Positions 37,201-49,185 of a stretch of DNA of 64,000 nucleotides are shown piece by piece; positions within the stretch are counted from its first letter, which is position 1; the number at the start of each line of letters is the position of its first letter. Source of the stretch: Octopus bimaculoides (lineage: Eukaryota); the NCBI RefSeq assembly GCF_001194135.2, contig NC_068981.1, forward strand, positions 125,518,422-125,582,421, in the 5' to 3' direction. Below the pieces are notes generated by a model. The model searched no databases, was not told the DNA's origin, and saw only the letters and a list, made by a program, of their open reading frames with translations. The position numbers and the translations under genes were made by a program.

Positions 37201-39301
37201 GCAATAGTTATACATCACCTAGGAACTGTCTAATCATTTACTGAATTTTCAAACAGAGGTAGCTTTCTAATTTAAAAAAAAACTTTTGAATTTTGGAGGG
37301 TTTTGGATTTCAGAATTTTGATTTAAGGATTAGGCACATCTCATAAGGTCTGTCAATTCTCCACCTAGGACTAATGAAGTACAAAAAGAGTTTGGAGAGG
37401 GTTTATGCTAAAATATGAAAATGACACTGTGAGTGTAAGGCTTTGGCTAACTAAACTGACCATATTGTGAAAAGTAGTACAGTCAATTATATCTACTCTG
37501 TTACTTTATTAGTAATTATTTTACTGAACAAAATGCCAAGCTGAGTTCAGCAGGATTTGAACTCAGAATGTAAAGCAATATAGCTAAATACTGCAGCACA
37601 TTTTGTTTGATGCCCTACAAATTCTGACAACCATCACCTTTACAAGTATATTAAAATTACCATAACTTAACATTGTATCTTTTAAAACAAAATGACATCT
37701 AAACATACTTTTGTGCATATGTGTATATATATTATTGGATGACAAAAGAACAGGAATTATTGTAATCAAAATATTTCATTCAAAAAATATTATTTCATCT
37801 AATGTGCACATCATAGAAATCATCTTCAATTAATGTGCCAAGAAAGAGTCATATTGTCAAAATATTGCATTCAAAGCAATAACATTTCATCTAAAAGTAC
37901 ATCAGTTTTTAATATGAAACACATGGAGATTCTGCCATGTACATATAAATAATTCATGTATGAATATTGTATTTTACTTCATTTTCTCATTATATTATAT
38001 CTCTATCTTGTGATATTTTCCCTAGTGTCTTTTGTGGCAAAGAAAGAAAAACTGTAAATAAAAAAAAAGAGAATTGATTTCTACTGCTATCATTAAATCA
38101 ACACTTGTATGAGGCTGTTACTTATTTATCAACATTGAAAAGATGAAAGCACTTAAAAAATCTAACTAAAATATCACAAGGAAATTTCTTCAACACTCTT
38201 CCTATTCTGCCTTTCACTGTCCCAATAGAGATAAAATCATTAGTTTCTAATACTGAAACCTAATCAGTGAAAAAAGATATTTTAATAATAATTTTTGTTT
38301 TTATTATACATAAGGCCAAAGTAAGTTGTGAAGAAGCATGATTGCTCAAAACAATTATATTTTCCCTTACTCAAAATCATCTCAAGCAAAACATAGGCCA
38401 CTTCTACACAAAAAGTTTGGGAAAAAGGATAAGTGGCATTAATACTAAAACTTCTCTCTATATATACATGCATATTTAAAATACTAAAGGTAGCAATAAG
38501 GTAACTGACGAAAGATTTAAATGAAATATGATAAAATGGTGGTAACAAAACTGATTAATAAAATATAGTAACTGAGATGGCAATAAAGGAGCAAATAAAA
38601 CGAAATGGTAAAGAAACAAAGGCAAACATTATGATGAAGGAAACTGCCAGTATTAGGCAGGATACTTGTTAACACTGAATTTGAAGAGATTAAAAACATA
38701 TTCTGCGGGAAAACAATAGACAGAGGGTTTATATTACAACTGAGCCATTCTAAGGTAAAATGCTTTTTGTATGAAACTTGTAGCAGGTACAGAAAAGGAA
38801 TAACTATCAAAATAGAAAGAAGTTCAAGAATTTCATGATAGTGCTAGAAAGATTCTAGGCTGGTCATGGAAGCAGTAAATATACTAAGTCATTTGTTTCT
38901 CCATTACGTTATATCAGTTAGGCCTCTGGAAAGACCTGCTGATAAATCTAAGTACTTAATATTCTTAGAGGTGAGATTGTAAAGTGTCAAATCATCAGCA
39001 ATATGTCAATAAAGGATGTTATTGTTTTGTCAGATAAATCATTGATAAACAGCAGGAAGAGTGTGGTTCCTAAAACAAATTGATATCATAAATATCAGAC
39101 TGACAAGTGACGGCAACTTTCAGACTTTTTCCCATGAGGAAGGATTTAACGGCAAAAAAGAGTCTACAAAATATGCCATGCGTCTATGCCCATACCTTCT
39201 TATATACTTTGAAAATAACATGAGCATCATCTATGATGATAACAACGAGTATATCAGCAATGACAAGGAAAACCAAGGAAATAAGCTTCATTTAAGTGAG
39301 T

Positions 39302-40103
39302 AATAACATGCTTGGGATCTTTTTGGTTTGACGGGCAACACTTGTTTTCTTAACGAAACACTTTCAAACTTGGGATACTGGTAGAATGTGTCATATAAAA
39401 CATCTTTTTCTCTTAGCCTTCTTAACAAAAATTAGTTCTTAATAAGTTATTTCATGTTAAAGTTGTCGTATTTCTGTAATTTCAACCAATCATTGATGTC
39501 TATTCAGCTGAATACAGTTACTGCTCTTNNNNNNNNNNNNNNNNNNNNNNNNNNNNNNNNNNNNNNNNNNNNNNNNNNNNNNNNNNNNNNNNNNNNNNNN
39601 NNNNNNNNNNNNNNNNNNNNNNNNNNNNNNNNNNNNNNNNNNNNNNNNNNNNNNNNNNNNNNNNNNNNNNNNNNNNNNNNNNNNNNNNNNNNNNNNNNNN
39701 NNNNNNNNNNNNNNNNNNNNNNNNNNNNNNNNNNNNNNNNNNNNNNNNNNNNNNNNNNNNNNNNNNNNNNNNNNNNNNNNNNNNNNNNNNNNNNNNNNNN
39801 NNNNNNNNNNNNNNNNNNNNNNNNNNNNNNNNNNNNNNNNNNNNNNNNNNNNNNNNNNNNNNNNNNNNACATTCCACGCCATTAATTGTTTTCACCTCAA
39901 TAGACGTCAGTGATTGGTTGAAATTACCGAAATACGACAACTTTTTACATGAAATAACTTCGAATACAAAAATTTTTATCTGTTCTATAATACAAAATAT
40001 ACAAGTATACGAAGTTTGAAAGTGCTTCGGTACCAAAAACACTACATAAAACATTAATGAAAAATGTTGCCCGTCAAACCAAAAAGATCCCATGCTTGTT
40101 ATT
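39302..40103. mobile_element. DNA-transposon-like element with long imperfect TIRs, centre in gap
   Basis: Terminal 39 bp aataacatgcttgggatctttttggtttgacgggcaaca versus its reverse complement at 40065-40103 (2 mismatches). A second inverted block links 39450-39505 and 39900-39960. Confidence 0.8.
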
Positions 40104-40221
40104 GATAGAGTCAAGCAGCTTGGTTCTGATGTTCAATAGGCTATTTGGCCTATATTAAGATGGAGAGGAATGGTGATCAAGGTTCATAAGAAGTGGGTAA
40201 ACTACAGACTTCTTATATGAG

Positions 40222-40636
40222 TTACAAAAGCACTTCTTGAGACATGGCTGTGTGGTAAGAAGCTTGCTTCCCAACCACATGATTGTGGGTTCAGTCCCAC
40301 TGCGTGGCACCTTGGGCAAGTGTCTTTTACTATAGCTTTGGGCTAATCAAAGCCTTGTGAGTGAGTTTGGTAGACAGAAACTGAAAAGAAGCCTGTTGTA
40401 TATATATGTGTGTGCGTGTGTGTGTGTGTGTGTATGTGTATCTGTGTCTGTGTCTGTCCCCGCTATCACTGCTTGACAACTGGGGTTGGTGTGTTTATGT
40501 CCCCATAACTTAGCCAAAGAGCCTGATAGAATAAGTATCAGGCTTTAAAAATAAAGTCCTGGGGTTTGATTTGTTCGACTAAAAAGGTGGTGCTCCAGCA
40601 TGGCCACAGTCACATGACTGAAACAAATAAAAGAAC
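40222..40636 (+). mobile_element. SINE family 1
   Basis: Complete head, (GT)n and tail. Confidence 0.9.
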
Positions 40637-40639
40637 TGT

Positions 40640-41010
40640 TAGTCCAAAGCCATAAATAAAGCAGTTAGTACAATTGGGAAAGTCTGGTAAAGAATGGTTA
40701 TTCATCTAGTGAGGAATTTGATGCAAAGTTCTGGTACGGCTTTGTCTGAGGAGTATAAGTTACATCAAACACATTGATGACTGCAGAAATAGATTTGCTC
40801 TGATTAAGTATCTTATTGGCTATTCCCCACAATTCACATGAACCAAGCTTCTTGCTCAATCCTCATTGGAACATCTTCAGTATAGCAAATCTTGGCATTC
40901 TTTAACACTCTTTGGCATTGGTTACAGCTATTGTGAAAAGCTGCGAAATTTGTACCACATCCATTTTGGTGGCATAGATGACAATAATGGTTATGATGAG
41001 CTAAAACAAT
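40640..41010 (-). mobile_element. CR1-like LINE ORF2 linker fragment
   Basis: AHHNHYCHL...CNQCQRVLKNAKICYTE / KLGSCELWGIANKILNQSKS resembles the CR1-clade APE-RT linker (RNH.FH...RN.CK.VL..AK...KLGS.D.W.I.N..LN..KS). Confidence 0.6.
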
Positions 41011-41228
41011 ATTATATTCAAGAATAAATCAAGACTGAGTGTTAAGATCTTTTTTTTTTTGGCGGGGGGGGGGTCATGTGGGACAAACGTTGGTTCTAGG
41101 ATTTCATCAACAATCAGATATTTAAAGATTCAATTTCTGATATTCTAGGTCTGAAAAAAATCAGATTCAGGAGCTAGAAAAGAATGGCAACCTTCACAAT
41201 CTACCTACATTAGTGACATTTATTTCAC

Positions 41229-41282
41229 CTATACCGAAAGAATGAAACACTTAAGTTGTTGACTGCTAATTCTGCTAAATGA
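41229..41282 (-). CDS. Candidate 54-nt exon (HLAELAVNNLSVSFFRY), gene unknown
   Basis: ttcattttacAG acceptor and AG|GTGAAA donor. Confidence 0.2.
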   Translation of the reverse strand, partial: SFSRISSQQLKCFILSV

Positions 41283-41299
41283 CTGTAAAATGAACTAAT

Positions 41300-41500
41300 G
41301 AAAGAGCTTCCACATGTTCGATCGATCGACCTTCCAGAAATAGCAGCCAAATTTCCCTCAACATCTAACATCTTAAAAAGAGCACGCTGGATAATGTAGT
41401 GTTCGATACAATGTCTGAGAAAATAAAAGAAGGTGTCAAGGATGTAATGGCTTTGATCGTAACACATCTGCTTGATCGAAGCTGACCTTATGGAGCAATT
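41300..41500 (+). mobile_element. SINE family 4
   Basis: 'gttcgatcgatcgaccttccagaaatagcagccaaatttccc...gatcgaagctgacc'. Confidence 0.65.
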
Positions 41501-41682
41501 TGCTAAAAAAAAAAATGTAAGCGAAAAAGCAGGTGGTGACAAAGTTGTGGAAAGTGAAAAAGATTAAAAGGGAAAGAAAAATAGTTTCTTATTAAGAATA
41601 AAAAGTTGAGAATGGTACAACAATGCACTATAAAACAAAAAATGAACTATATTACCTGTTGTAATTTGGTTATTTATAGTCC

Positions 41683-41718
41683 GATGATATTTCGGAATTA
41701 CAATTCCTTCTTCAGATC
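41683..41718 (-). ncRNA. Minimal type I hammerhead ribozyme motif
   Basis: GAT-CTGAAGA-A-GGAATT-GT-AATTCC-GAAA-TA-TC-ATC: full core, 6-bp stem II, palindromic ATAT helix III, AUC triplet, 3-bp stem I. Confidence 0.7.
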
Positions 41719-41772
41719 TTCTTAGCTGGAGTCTCTTGGAAAACAGTTTATAGCAGAGACTCCAGCTAAGAA

Positions 41773-41808
41773 GATCTGAAGAAGGAATTGTAATTCCGAA
41801 ATATCATT
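41773..41808 (+). ncRNA. Minimal type I hammerhead ribozyme motif
   Basis: GAT-CTGAAGA-A-GGAATT-GT-AATTCC-GAAA-TA-TC-ATT: same as the minus copy, with a G.U in stem I. Confidence 0.7.
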
Positions 41809-42484
41809 GGACTATAGATAACCAAATTACAACAGGTATATAGTCTATTTTTTTGTTTTATAGTGCATTGTTGTACCATTCTAAACTTTTTATTCTTTAC
41901 AAACAATACACAATACTTCAAGCGAACTACAATAAGAAACTCTCCTAGTTTCTTATTGATAGACCTCGGATTTACCGCATCAGAGAACTGAAATCATGGT
42001 AGGGTTCATGCTTTTAATGACTAATAATATTTAAGTAGATTCAAGTTATAGATATAAAAATAAATAAAAAGAAGGGAAATTAAACTTCTCCCAGCTCCAA
42101 TTCTAAGTAATTGACTTAGGTGATTAATTTTTCTTTTAATTTACGAAGGTAATAATAAACTGATGATAAAGATTTTATGCAACAGGAAATTTGATTACGA
42201 AAGAATGACAGCTATAAATGAAAACTGAATACACGTTTTTGCACAGCAACAAGCCAACGAACCATCTACTAGAAATACCAGCTAAATAGCTATCAAATTA
42301 CGTTCTGAATTTTTTTTTAAAAAAAAAAGGAGCACATAACACAATATGATCTTTGGCATATAACATTTGAAAAATGATGGGATGATCAAGTCTAGCAGGT
42401 CTTTTGTGATGCAACTGACTTGGGGTTTAACAACACAGCCAACATATGTACACAAAATCAGACACGCTCACAATAAACACATAC

Positions 42485-42535
42485 ATAGTTTCTTCAACAA
42501 CAATAAACACGAACTATGGAGAGCATAAGATACGG
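42485..42535 (-). CDS. Candidate 51-nt exon (VSYALHSSCLLLLKKL) or 5' UTR exon
   Basis: Long AG-free pyrimidine tract, tattctAG acceptor and GTATGT donor; lies at the edge of the CpG island. Confidence 0.25.
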
Positions 42536-43380
42536 CTAGAATATATCAAATGAGTAGATAGGTATGATTGCAGCAGGTCACATCAGAAAAAAAAAAAGAG
42601 AAAAGAAAACTGCAAACTTATATGGTAAGAATGCAAACTGAGACCCGCTTGTGTTATATGACGATGATTGCGGTGGTTGTTATTCGCCTCAGTTTTAGCA
42701 AGTACTAATATGCACTAATGAAGGTCTGACCACAACCTACTAACTAGTCCAGTCCCGTGTATAAAGCAGATATCCTCCACAGAAATTCTTAAATGACAAG
42801 GAGTTTGTAGTTGCAGTTTTGCGTCGGGTCAGCCCTGATCCAACATGTGTGTGTTGTATATAACTACTGGTGGCTTATGTTTGCTTTATTCGAAGATGGT
42901 TTTGCTTCCTCAATCTAGCAGGTTGGCCTAGTTAGTGACTACATTTATAGGGGTTGTGCAACTATACGGGCACACCCGTGTATGTTGTCAACTACATAAT
43001 TTCGAATTATGCTTTAACAAGTTTTTTTTTCTTCTTTTTTACTTTTAATCAGAAGTAAAAAAAAAAAAATTAGTAAGTTCATGACATTCATACATTTCAA
43101 AAAGAAGCTATTAACCAAGAAAGCAGTTTCAGTTGCAAGTCAAAATTAACTTTTGGTGTTCGTGCTTTAGGAAGTATAGTATATCAAGTTATCACGCAAA
43201 CAGCAATATTTCTTGAGAAATGTTCAATATCACCATCGTATATAAGACAGCTGACAACTAACCGACTTACTGGTTACCCCTCCAAACTGTTTATATGTGT
43301 GTGAGAGAGAGAGAGGAGAGGAGAAAGAAAGAGAGTGTATGTGCGTGAACGAGAGAGTATATTTGCAAATGGGTGTTTTA

Positions 43381-43411
<31 letters not shown>

Positions 43412-43467
43412 TTGTTTATATATACATATACATATTTGTTTATATATGCATATATATATTTGTTTAT

Positions 43468-43530
<63 letters not shown>

Positions 43531-43641
43531 AATGCTATACGTGTTATACATAGAAACTATATACATATACATATATAAACGAAGGATACATATATAAACA
43601 ATATATACAAATACACACACGCTCTCTCTCTCCCTCCCTCC

Positions 43642-43680
<39 letters not shown>

Positions 43681-43958
43681 AAATTGTTCTGGTATATCGT
43701 TTGGCGTTTAATTTTCTCTAATGTACATCTTTATGACTAAAGAATAATCGCATTGCAGAGGGTGTGTGCCTATATATAGAGAGAGAGTAAANNNNNNNNN
43801 NCAGAATGTGTGTGCCTATATATAGAGAGAGAGTAAAAAAGAGAGACAGAGACGGGCAGAAACAAGGAAAATGCCTCTTGTATTTAAATACTATGCAAAT
43901 ATTCTTTTAAAATACTTTTCATCTAATTTTTCCAAAATTTAATTGTTTTCCATACTTA

Positions 43959-43994
43959 CAGTTGAAAAAGTTTCAATGGCCGAAACCGGTACTG
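43959..43994 (+). ncRNA. Minimal hammerhead motif, U3-A8 variant, degenerate stem II
   Basis: CAG-TTGAAAA-A-gtttcaatggcc-GAAA-CCGG-TA-CTG. Confidence 0.5.
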
Positions 43995-44046
43995 AAATGT
44001 TTTTTTTATAAAATTATTTCAGCATTTTCTACCTTGACTTTTTTCC

Positions 44047-44083
<37 letters not shown>

Positions 44084-44489
44084 TACATACATATACGTAT
44101 GCATGTCCTATCTCATTCTTTCTCTGATGGAATAGACTGCCACAATAACGTAGGCTACCGATTGATTGTATAGAAATACACTACCTGCACATCTATTCGT
44201 GAAACAGCTGTAAGAGACTATCTATCTGTATACCTTCTTCTCATCTAGCTTTGGATTTTACCTACAATATCCAGTTTCACATAATGTCAATAATTTGGTC
44301 TTACCGTATTCCAGAGGAATACTAGCATATACCATAACCATTATAAACATTCCTCAACTGATCTTGTAGTCTAATCTTTCGCAACGTTCAATATAAATGT
44401 CATGATTTGACTTGATACCAGCTGTTTACTTGTTTTATCTTTATTGTGGGGAAGGGGGTTGTATCGATGTATGGGTGGATAGACGGATG

Positions 44490-44600
44490 GGCGCAAGCTT
44501 AGTTGTATGGCAAAAGCTTGTTTCTCAACCATGCTGTCTCGGGTTCAGTCCCACCGCGCGACACCTTGGGCAAGTGTCTTCTACTATAGTGCTGGGCCGA
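44490..44600 (+). mobile_element. SINE family 1 head (CpGs retained)
   Basis: 'ggcgcaagcttagttgtatggcaaaagcttg...cgggttcagtcccaccgcgcgacaccttgggcaagtgtcttctactatag'. Confidence 0.75.
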
Positions 44601-46156
44601 TCAACTGATCAAACAGACTCAAAAGAAGTTAGTGTTGATCTGTGTTGGCAAACAAGTCGGCTCGTGTGAAGTTTTCAAAATTCCTCTCCACACCCTCGGA
44701 AAAATTTTTCCACGACAAATTCTGGTATAATCGTAATCTACACCATCTGAAACATATTTGTAGAACATTTCATTTAAAAATATCCATTTTTCTAAAAGTT
44801 ATGAGGAAACAAAGCCGGTAGAGGGGGACACACTTGTGTAGGTATGTCGCAATCATACACACACATATATATTCTTTTTTGGAACGGTGGAACACAAAGC
44901 AGATAAAGCTATAAATAATAACGTGTAAATATTGGGTTAAAAACCCTTTGCATATAAAAAAAAATGTCGAAGGCTACTCGCGGAATGTCAACAAATATAT
45001 ATCTTTAAAAATGCATATATATTGTGGGGTGGGGGGCGCACACTTCGAAGGACGAGAAGAAATATCTGACTTGGAAACATGAAAGGGTTGGTCGACAGGA
45101 AGAGTATCCGGCCGAAGAAAATCGAGCTCAACCTATGACCGATGCAAGCATGGAAAAATGAATATTGAAAAGATGATGTATGTCTGTCTTTATGTATGTA
45201 CGTATAAGCAAATGTGTTGTATGTGGGTGTGTATGTACAACACAGAAAATTGTTTAAAAAACTATATAGAAGTACCGATATGTTTTCTGTTACAAGCAGC
45301 TTTAACCTATTACGGACTACATGTGTTAGCCACGGGTAAACACTGTTTAAGCAAGCCTATGTTCAACCTTGATAATCCCGTCTAGTTTATGGTGGAAAAT
45401 CTTGTTTAACATATATTTATTTATGATGTAGGGTGTGAATGGAAGGAGATTTCTTTGCTATTTCTAGCCGGTGAGGCAACATACATTTTCTTCATTAGGA
45501 CTAGTATAGTCGGATTGGTAAGTTTTTAGCTAAGGGAATTTTAATCTACACTCGGTTTAAGTTAGGTTGAAAACTGTCACAGCTTCTCATAATTCGTACG
45601 CAATCTACATCCAAAAAAAAAAAACAGGAGGTAAAAAAAATTCCGACCCAATCCCAATAATGCAAAAAATAATTAAATTACTTATCATTAATATTATAAA
45701 ATAATTATGCTTATCATGAATGAATATTTTTTGAAAGTGGGCGGGAAAGAAATGTTTTTTTTTTAATTTTCTATAATCAACACATACGAGATGTAGAGGG
45801 AAGTAGCAGTAGTATTTAACAAAGCCTGATATTTCATAATTAAAATAAAATAAAAAGATATCTCTTTATTTCGTGTACGGGTTGGTAAGCTCTTTTTGTT
45901 AATAGTGTTAATTATCTACGACAATCTGTCTGCTGCTATTCCGAACGAAAACAATTAAACATTCTCTCACTACTCTCAGCGTGCCTACATACGCATGTCT
46001 ATACGTATGTTTATACACACGCAACACAAATACACGCTGCTTCCACCACCGTCAAAGCAAGTGTCAGTCTCCAGAACCTTTCATAGAGATGTATAAATAA
46101 ACAGCATTTTATTTTAACCTGAAACTATTTTTAAAGATTTAGCGATAGCTTGAAAG

Positions 46157-46339
46157 ATGAGCAACATCCCTACCTTTATAGCCACGTATATCCTATTTTG
46201 TAAGAACATGAAGAAAATAACAGCAGAAACTTTAGAGCAGTGTAATCAGAAAGAGCTTCCGGTATCCAAGGAGCTGAAAGTTAATGGTTTTGATTGGCAA
46301 ATAATACTTACGGAAGACGAAAAGTGTAGTAAAATATAG
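46157..46339 (+). CDS. Short ORF at the right edge of the CpG island; possible first coding exon
   Basis: ATG-initiated 60-aa ORF in unique sequence. LKVNGFDWQII is faintly reminiscent of a MATH-domain strand; not verified. Confidence 0.15.
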   Translation: MSNIPTFIATYILFCKNMKKITAETLEQCNQKELPVSKELKVNGFDWQIILTEDEKCSKI

Positions 46340-47099
46340 TTGATAAAATATATTAATTTCTTATTTATTTCATATACATATGCTTAAAGAAACATTATTG
46401 TTTGTCAACAATGTATTTCTTAGATGGAATTAAAATTGCATTTATCGTGTCTTTGGCGTATGCAGCCAAATAAAGCTCCTTAGTAATATAGACAAAAAAA
46501 TTACTTTATCATCACTAAATGATGAAGGCTGTTTCCATTAATATATATATTTGGTAACTCACTTTGACACAACTCATGCACAGTTATTGCCACCGATTAT
46601 AATACAGAATTGTGTTTTCTATTTTTAAAAAATAATAACGACACTCAAATGCTTGCTCATACAGAATGTTCAATATAGTTAACAGTTTGAGGCCTGTTCA
46701 TAAATTTTGGTATTCATTTTATTTCATTGTTATTCTGCTTACATACCAGAGTATGATTTCACAGAAACAATGTTTCATCCTTCTATATTCTGAGTCAAAA
46801 TGTTATCAAATTTAACTTTGTTTCATGTGTCAATGAAAAATGTACTGGAGTTGATTACAGCACGGAATTTACTTAGAGCCATTAACTTTTTCCTCATTTT
46901 TGTTGTGTTTTGTTAGATCAGCCCTGAAAGACGTATGACCAGTCATTCTACCTGTGACCATCACTGTCCTTATATATATATATTTTTTTTTTTAGTACAT
47001 ATAAGATTACAATGACCTGTGTGTAATTTCCTTTTTTCAGATAGTAGGGAAATAGGGTGTGATTTGAAAGAGAGTTGGCTGCTATTTTATCATTTAGAG

Positions 47100-47597
47100 T
47101 AGGGTTTCTCAAGCTGAGTTATGCATACTTGTAGGGTTACACAAAAAAATTACATGGCTGTGTAAGTTTTACAGCAATGTTTATAATCAAAAGCAAATTT
47201 TGTTCAACATTGTCAAATGTGAATAATATGTGAATATGACTCTCTGAAATTGTACTTGGAATTGAGTTACTTGTTAGAAAGAGCTTAACTTATCCAGCTC
47301 ATTGAAAATGTAACATTAAATTTAATGAATTTTGTTTGTTACATAGGTACAAGGTTAAAAATTTAGGAAGGGGTAACAGTCAATTATATCAACTAGTGTA
47401 CTTAACTGATACTTAATTTTATCAACCCTAGAAGGATGGACGGCAAAGTTGACCGCTGTGGGATTTATAACAAATAATATATGTCAGGTATCTTTTTTAT
47501 GGTATTCCAACCATTTTACACTATATTCTTCACATAGAGTATGCCAACACTGCTGTGTATGACAGTATAGCAGAAGAAAAATAATTGAAAACCACTG
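47100..47597. mobile_element. hAT MITE (contains SINE family 2 at ~47342-47465)
   Basis: Ends tagggtttctcaa / ttgaaaaccactg; flanks atttagag / atacagag (6/8 TSD match). Confidence 0.6.
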
Positions 47598-47786
47598 ATA
47601 CAGAGTGTCTTGTGTATTTATAGCTGTTATTATGTAACTCAAACTCAATCCAAATCAAACGGATTAATGATGAAAGGTGGTTCAGCTGTGAACATCCAGA
47701 TGTTTTAGCAAATTTTTAACTTTACAAAAAAAGAAAGAGAGATCTACATATTAACTTAGTTGTTGGAGTAAACAAGTCAACTTTTA

Positions 47787-48165
47787 TATTTTACTTGTTT
47801 TAGTCATTATACAGCAGCCATGCTGGGGTACAGCCTTTAAGGGCTTAGTCAAACAAATTGATCTCAGTACTTATTTTTTAAGCCAGGTATTATTATTCTA
47901 CCAGTCCATTTTGCCAAACCACTAAGTTATTGAAATGTAAACAAGCCAGTTGTCAAGTAGTGGTCAGGACAAAAACAAAAGCACACACACATATATACAG
48001 GTTGCAAATTTTGGCACAAGGTCAGCAGTTTCAGGGAAGGGGCTAAGGCAATTAAATTGACCCCCAGTGCTCAACGGGTACATATTTTATCAACCCTGAA
48101 AGGATGAATGGCAAAGTTGACCATGACGGCATTTGAACTGAAAACATAAAGATAGACGAAATGAA
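47787..48165 (-). mobile_element. SINE family 1 tail (47787-47990) plus SINE family 2 (47997-48165)
   Basis: Matches to the respective family bodies. Confidence 0.7.
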
Positions 48166-48925
48166 ACTAGAAAGGGCTTCTACACACTTTTCTCTTTACC
48201 AATTTCACTAATAAGGCATTGGTTACAGTAGAAAACACTTACTCAAAGTGCCATACAACAGGACTGAACTTAAGACCGCATAGTTTTAAAGTGAGATTCA
48301 TAACCACGCAACCTTGCCTGTGGCTGTCAAATTTTTTTTTTTTTTTTTTTTGCAGTATTTGAAGTTCATCACCACTTGGAAAAATAGTAGTATTTATTGA
48401 AACAAAATAGCTTAAGCTATTATTCAATAAGTAGAAACATTTCTTTTGAACAAGCTTAATGCTGAGGAGGGTACAGTCATTACAAGAACTTTGTTTTTAA
48501 AATGTTTATCAACCCCTTCAACTACCAAAGACTACAAGAAAAGTCAGTGCATAAAGGATTATCTTATTCAATATGCCTTTCCTTCCTTCCTAAGGCAGTG
48601 ACATGTGATTTTGCTGGGTGTAGGGATTAATAGGTTGATGACGTAAAAAACTACCTTGTTAAGTTCTTGTAATTCCTCTGCTGACTTGAATATTACAGGC
48701 ATAGGTGTGGCTATGAGATTAAGAAGCTTGCTATGCAGTCACATGGTTTTGAGTTCAGACCCACTGCACATGACCTTGGGCATGCGTCTTCTACAGCCCC
48801 AGGCCAACCAATGCTTTTTGAGGGAAACTGGTGAATAGAAACTATGTGGAAGCTTGTTGCATGTGTATATATGTATGTATGTATGTATTTGTGTGTGTGC
48901 AGCTTTGAGTGATTATTGTCTAACA

Positions 48926-49185
48926 CAGGGGTTTTCAAATTTTTTGACTTGCGGACCCTTATAAACGCTTATGAAATTTATACATAAATATTTGCTTGAA
49001 ATAACATTTTTACATTTATTTATTTAACAGTATTTAACAAATAGGTTTATTGTCAATTAAAAGATTTCGATTAAGAAACATATATAAAATCAAATTGCCC
49101 ATAAAAAGTATTTGCTGTCTGCGGAGCCCCTGTCTTGTCCTTGTGGACCCCCTGTAGTCCGCGGACCACAGTTTGAAAACCCCTG
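48926..49185. mobile_element. hAT (Charlie-like) MITE, 260 bp
   Basis: Perfect 14-bp TIR CAGGGGTTTTCAAA and perfect 8-bp TSD GTCTAACA (48918-48925 / 49186-49193). Confidence 0.95.

Larger units (their letters stand above)
41594..41897. mobile_element. Fold-back element: two inverted ~143-bp copies of a Penelope-like terminus
   Basis: Arms 41594-41736 and 41755-41897 are near-identical reverse complements around an 18-nt loop. Confidence 0.9.
41900..46330. promoter_or_regulatory. CpG-enriched island, possible (bidirectional) promoter region
   Basis: 10 CG dinucleotides in 42661-43020 (360 bp) versus 2 in 3001-4000. The enrichment includes unique, non-repeat sequence. Confidence 0.45.

Noticed and set aside
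36437-37698. Chain of minus-strand exons (CHFVLKDTMLSYGNFNILVK; HSALSMTRGIKHPLLEKWMRFGNK; TPLCISESPVDITK)
   Set aside because: Splice phases are mutually incompatible and acceptors are weak; such pseudo-exons are common in AT-rich DNA.
38282-38810. Hydrophobic minus-strand ORFs resembling GPCR TM6-TM7 (ILAVSFIIMFAFVSLPFRFI...)
   Set aside because: The plus strand is very A-rich, so the minus strand yields F/L/I/S by composition. There are stops and frameshifts, no diagnostic DRY/NPxxY motif, and the plus strand is equally open.
43744-43840. Direct repeat 'gtgtgtgcctatatatagagagagagtaa' on both sides of a 10-N gap
   Set aside because: Typical contig-overlap artefact at a scaffold gap, not a biological duplication.
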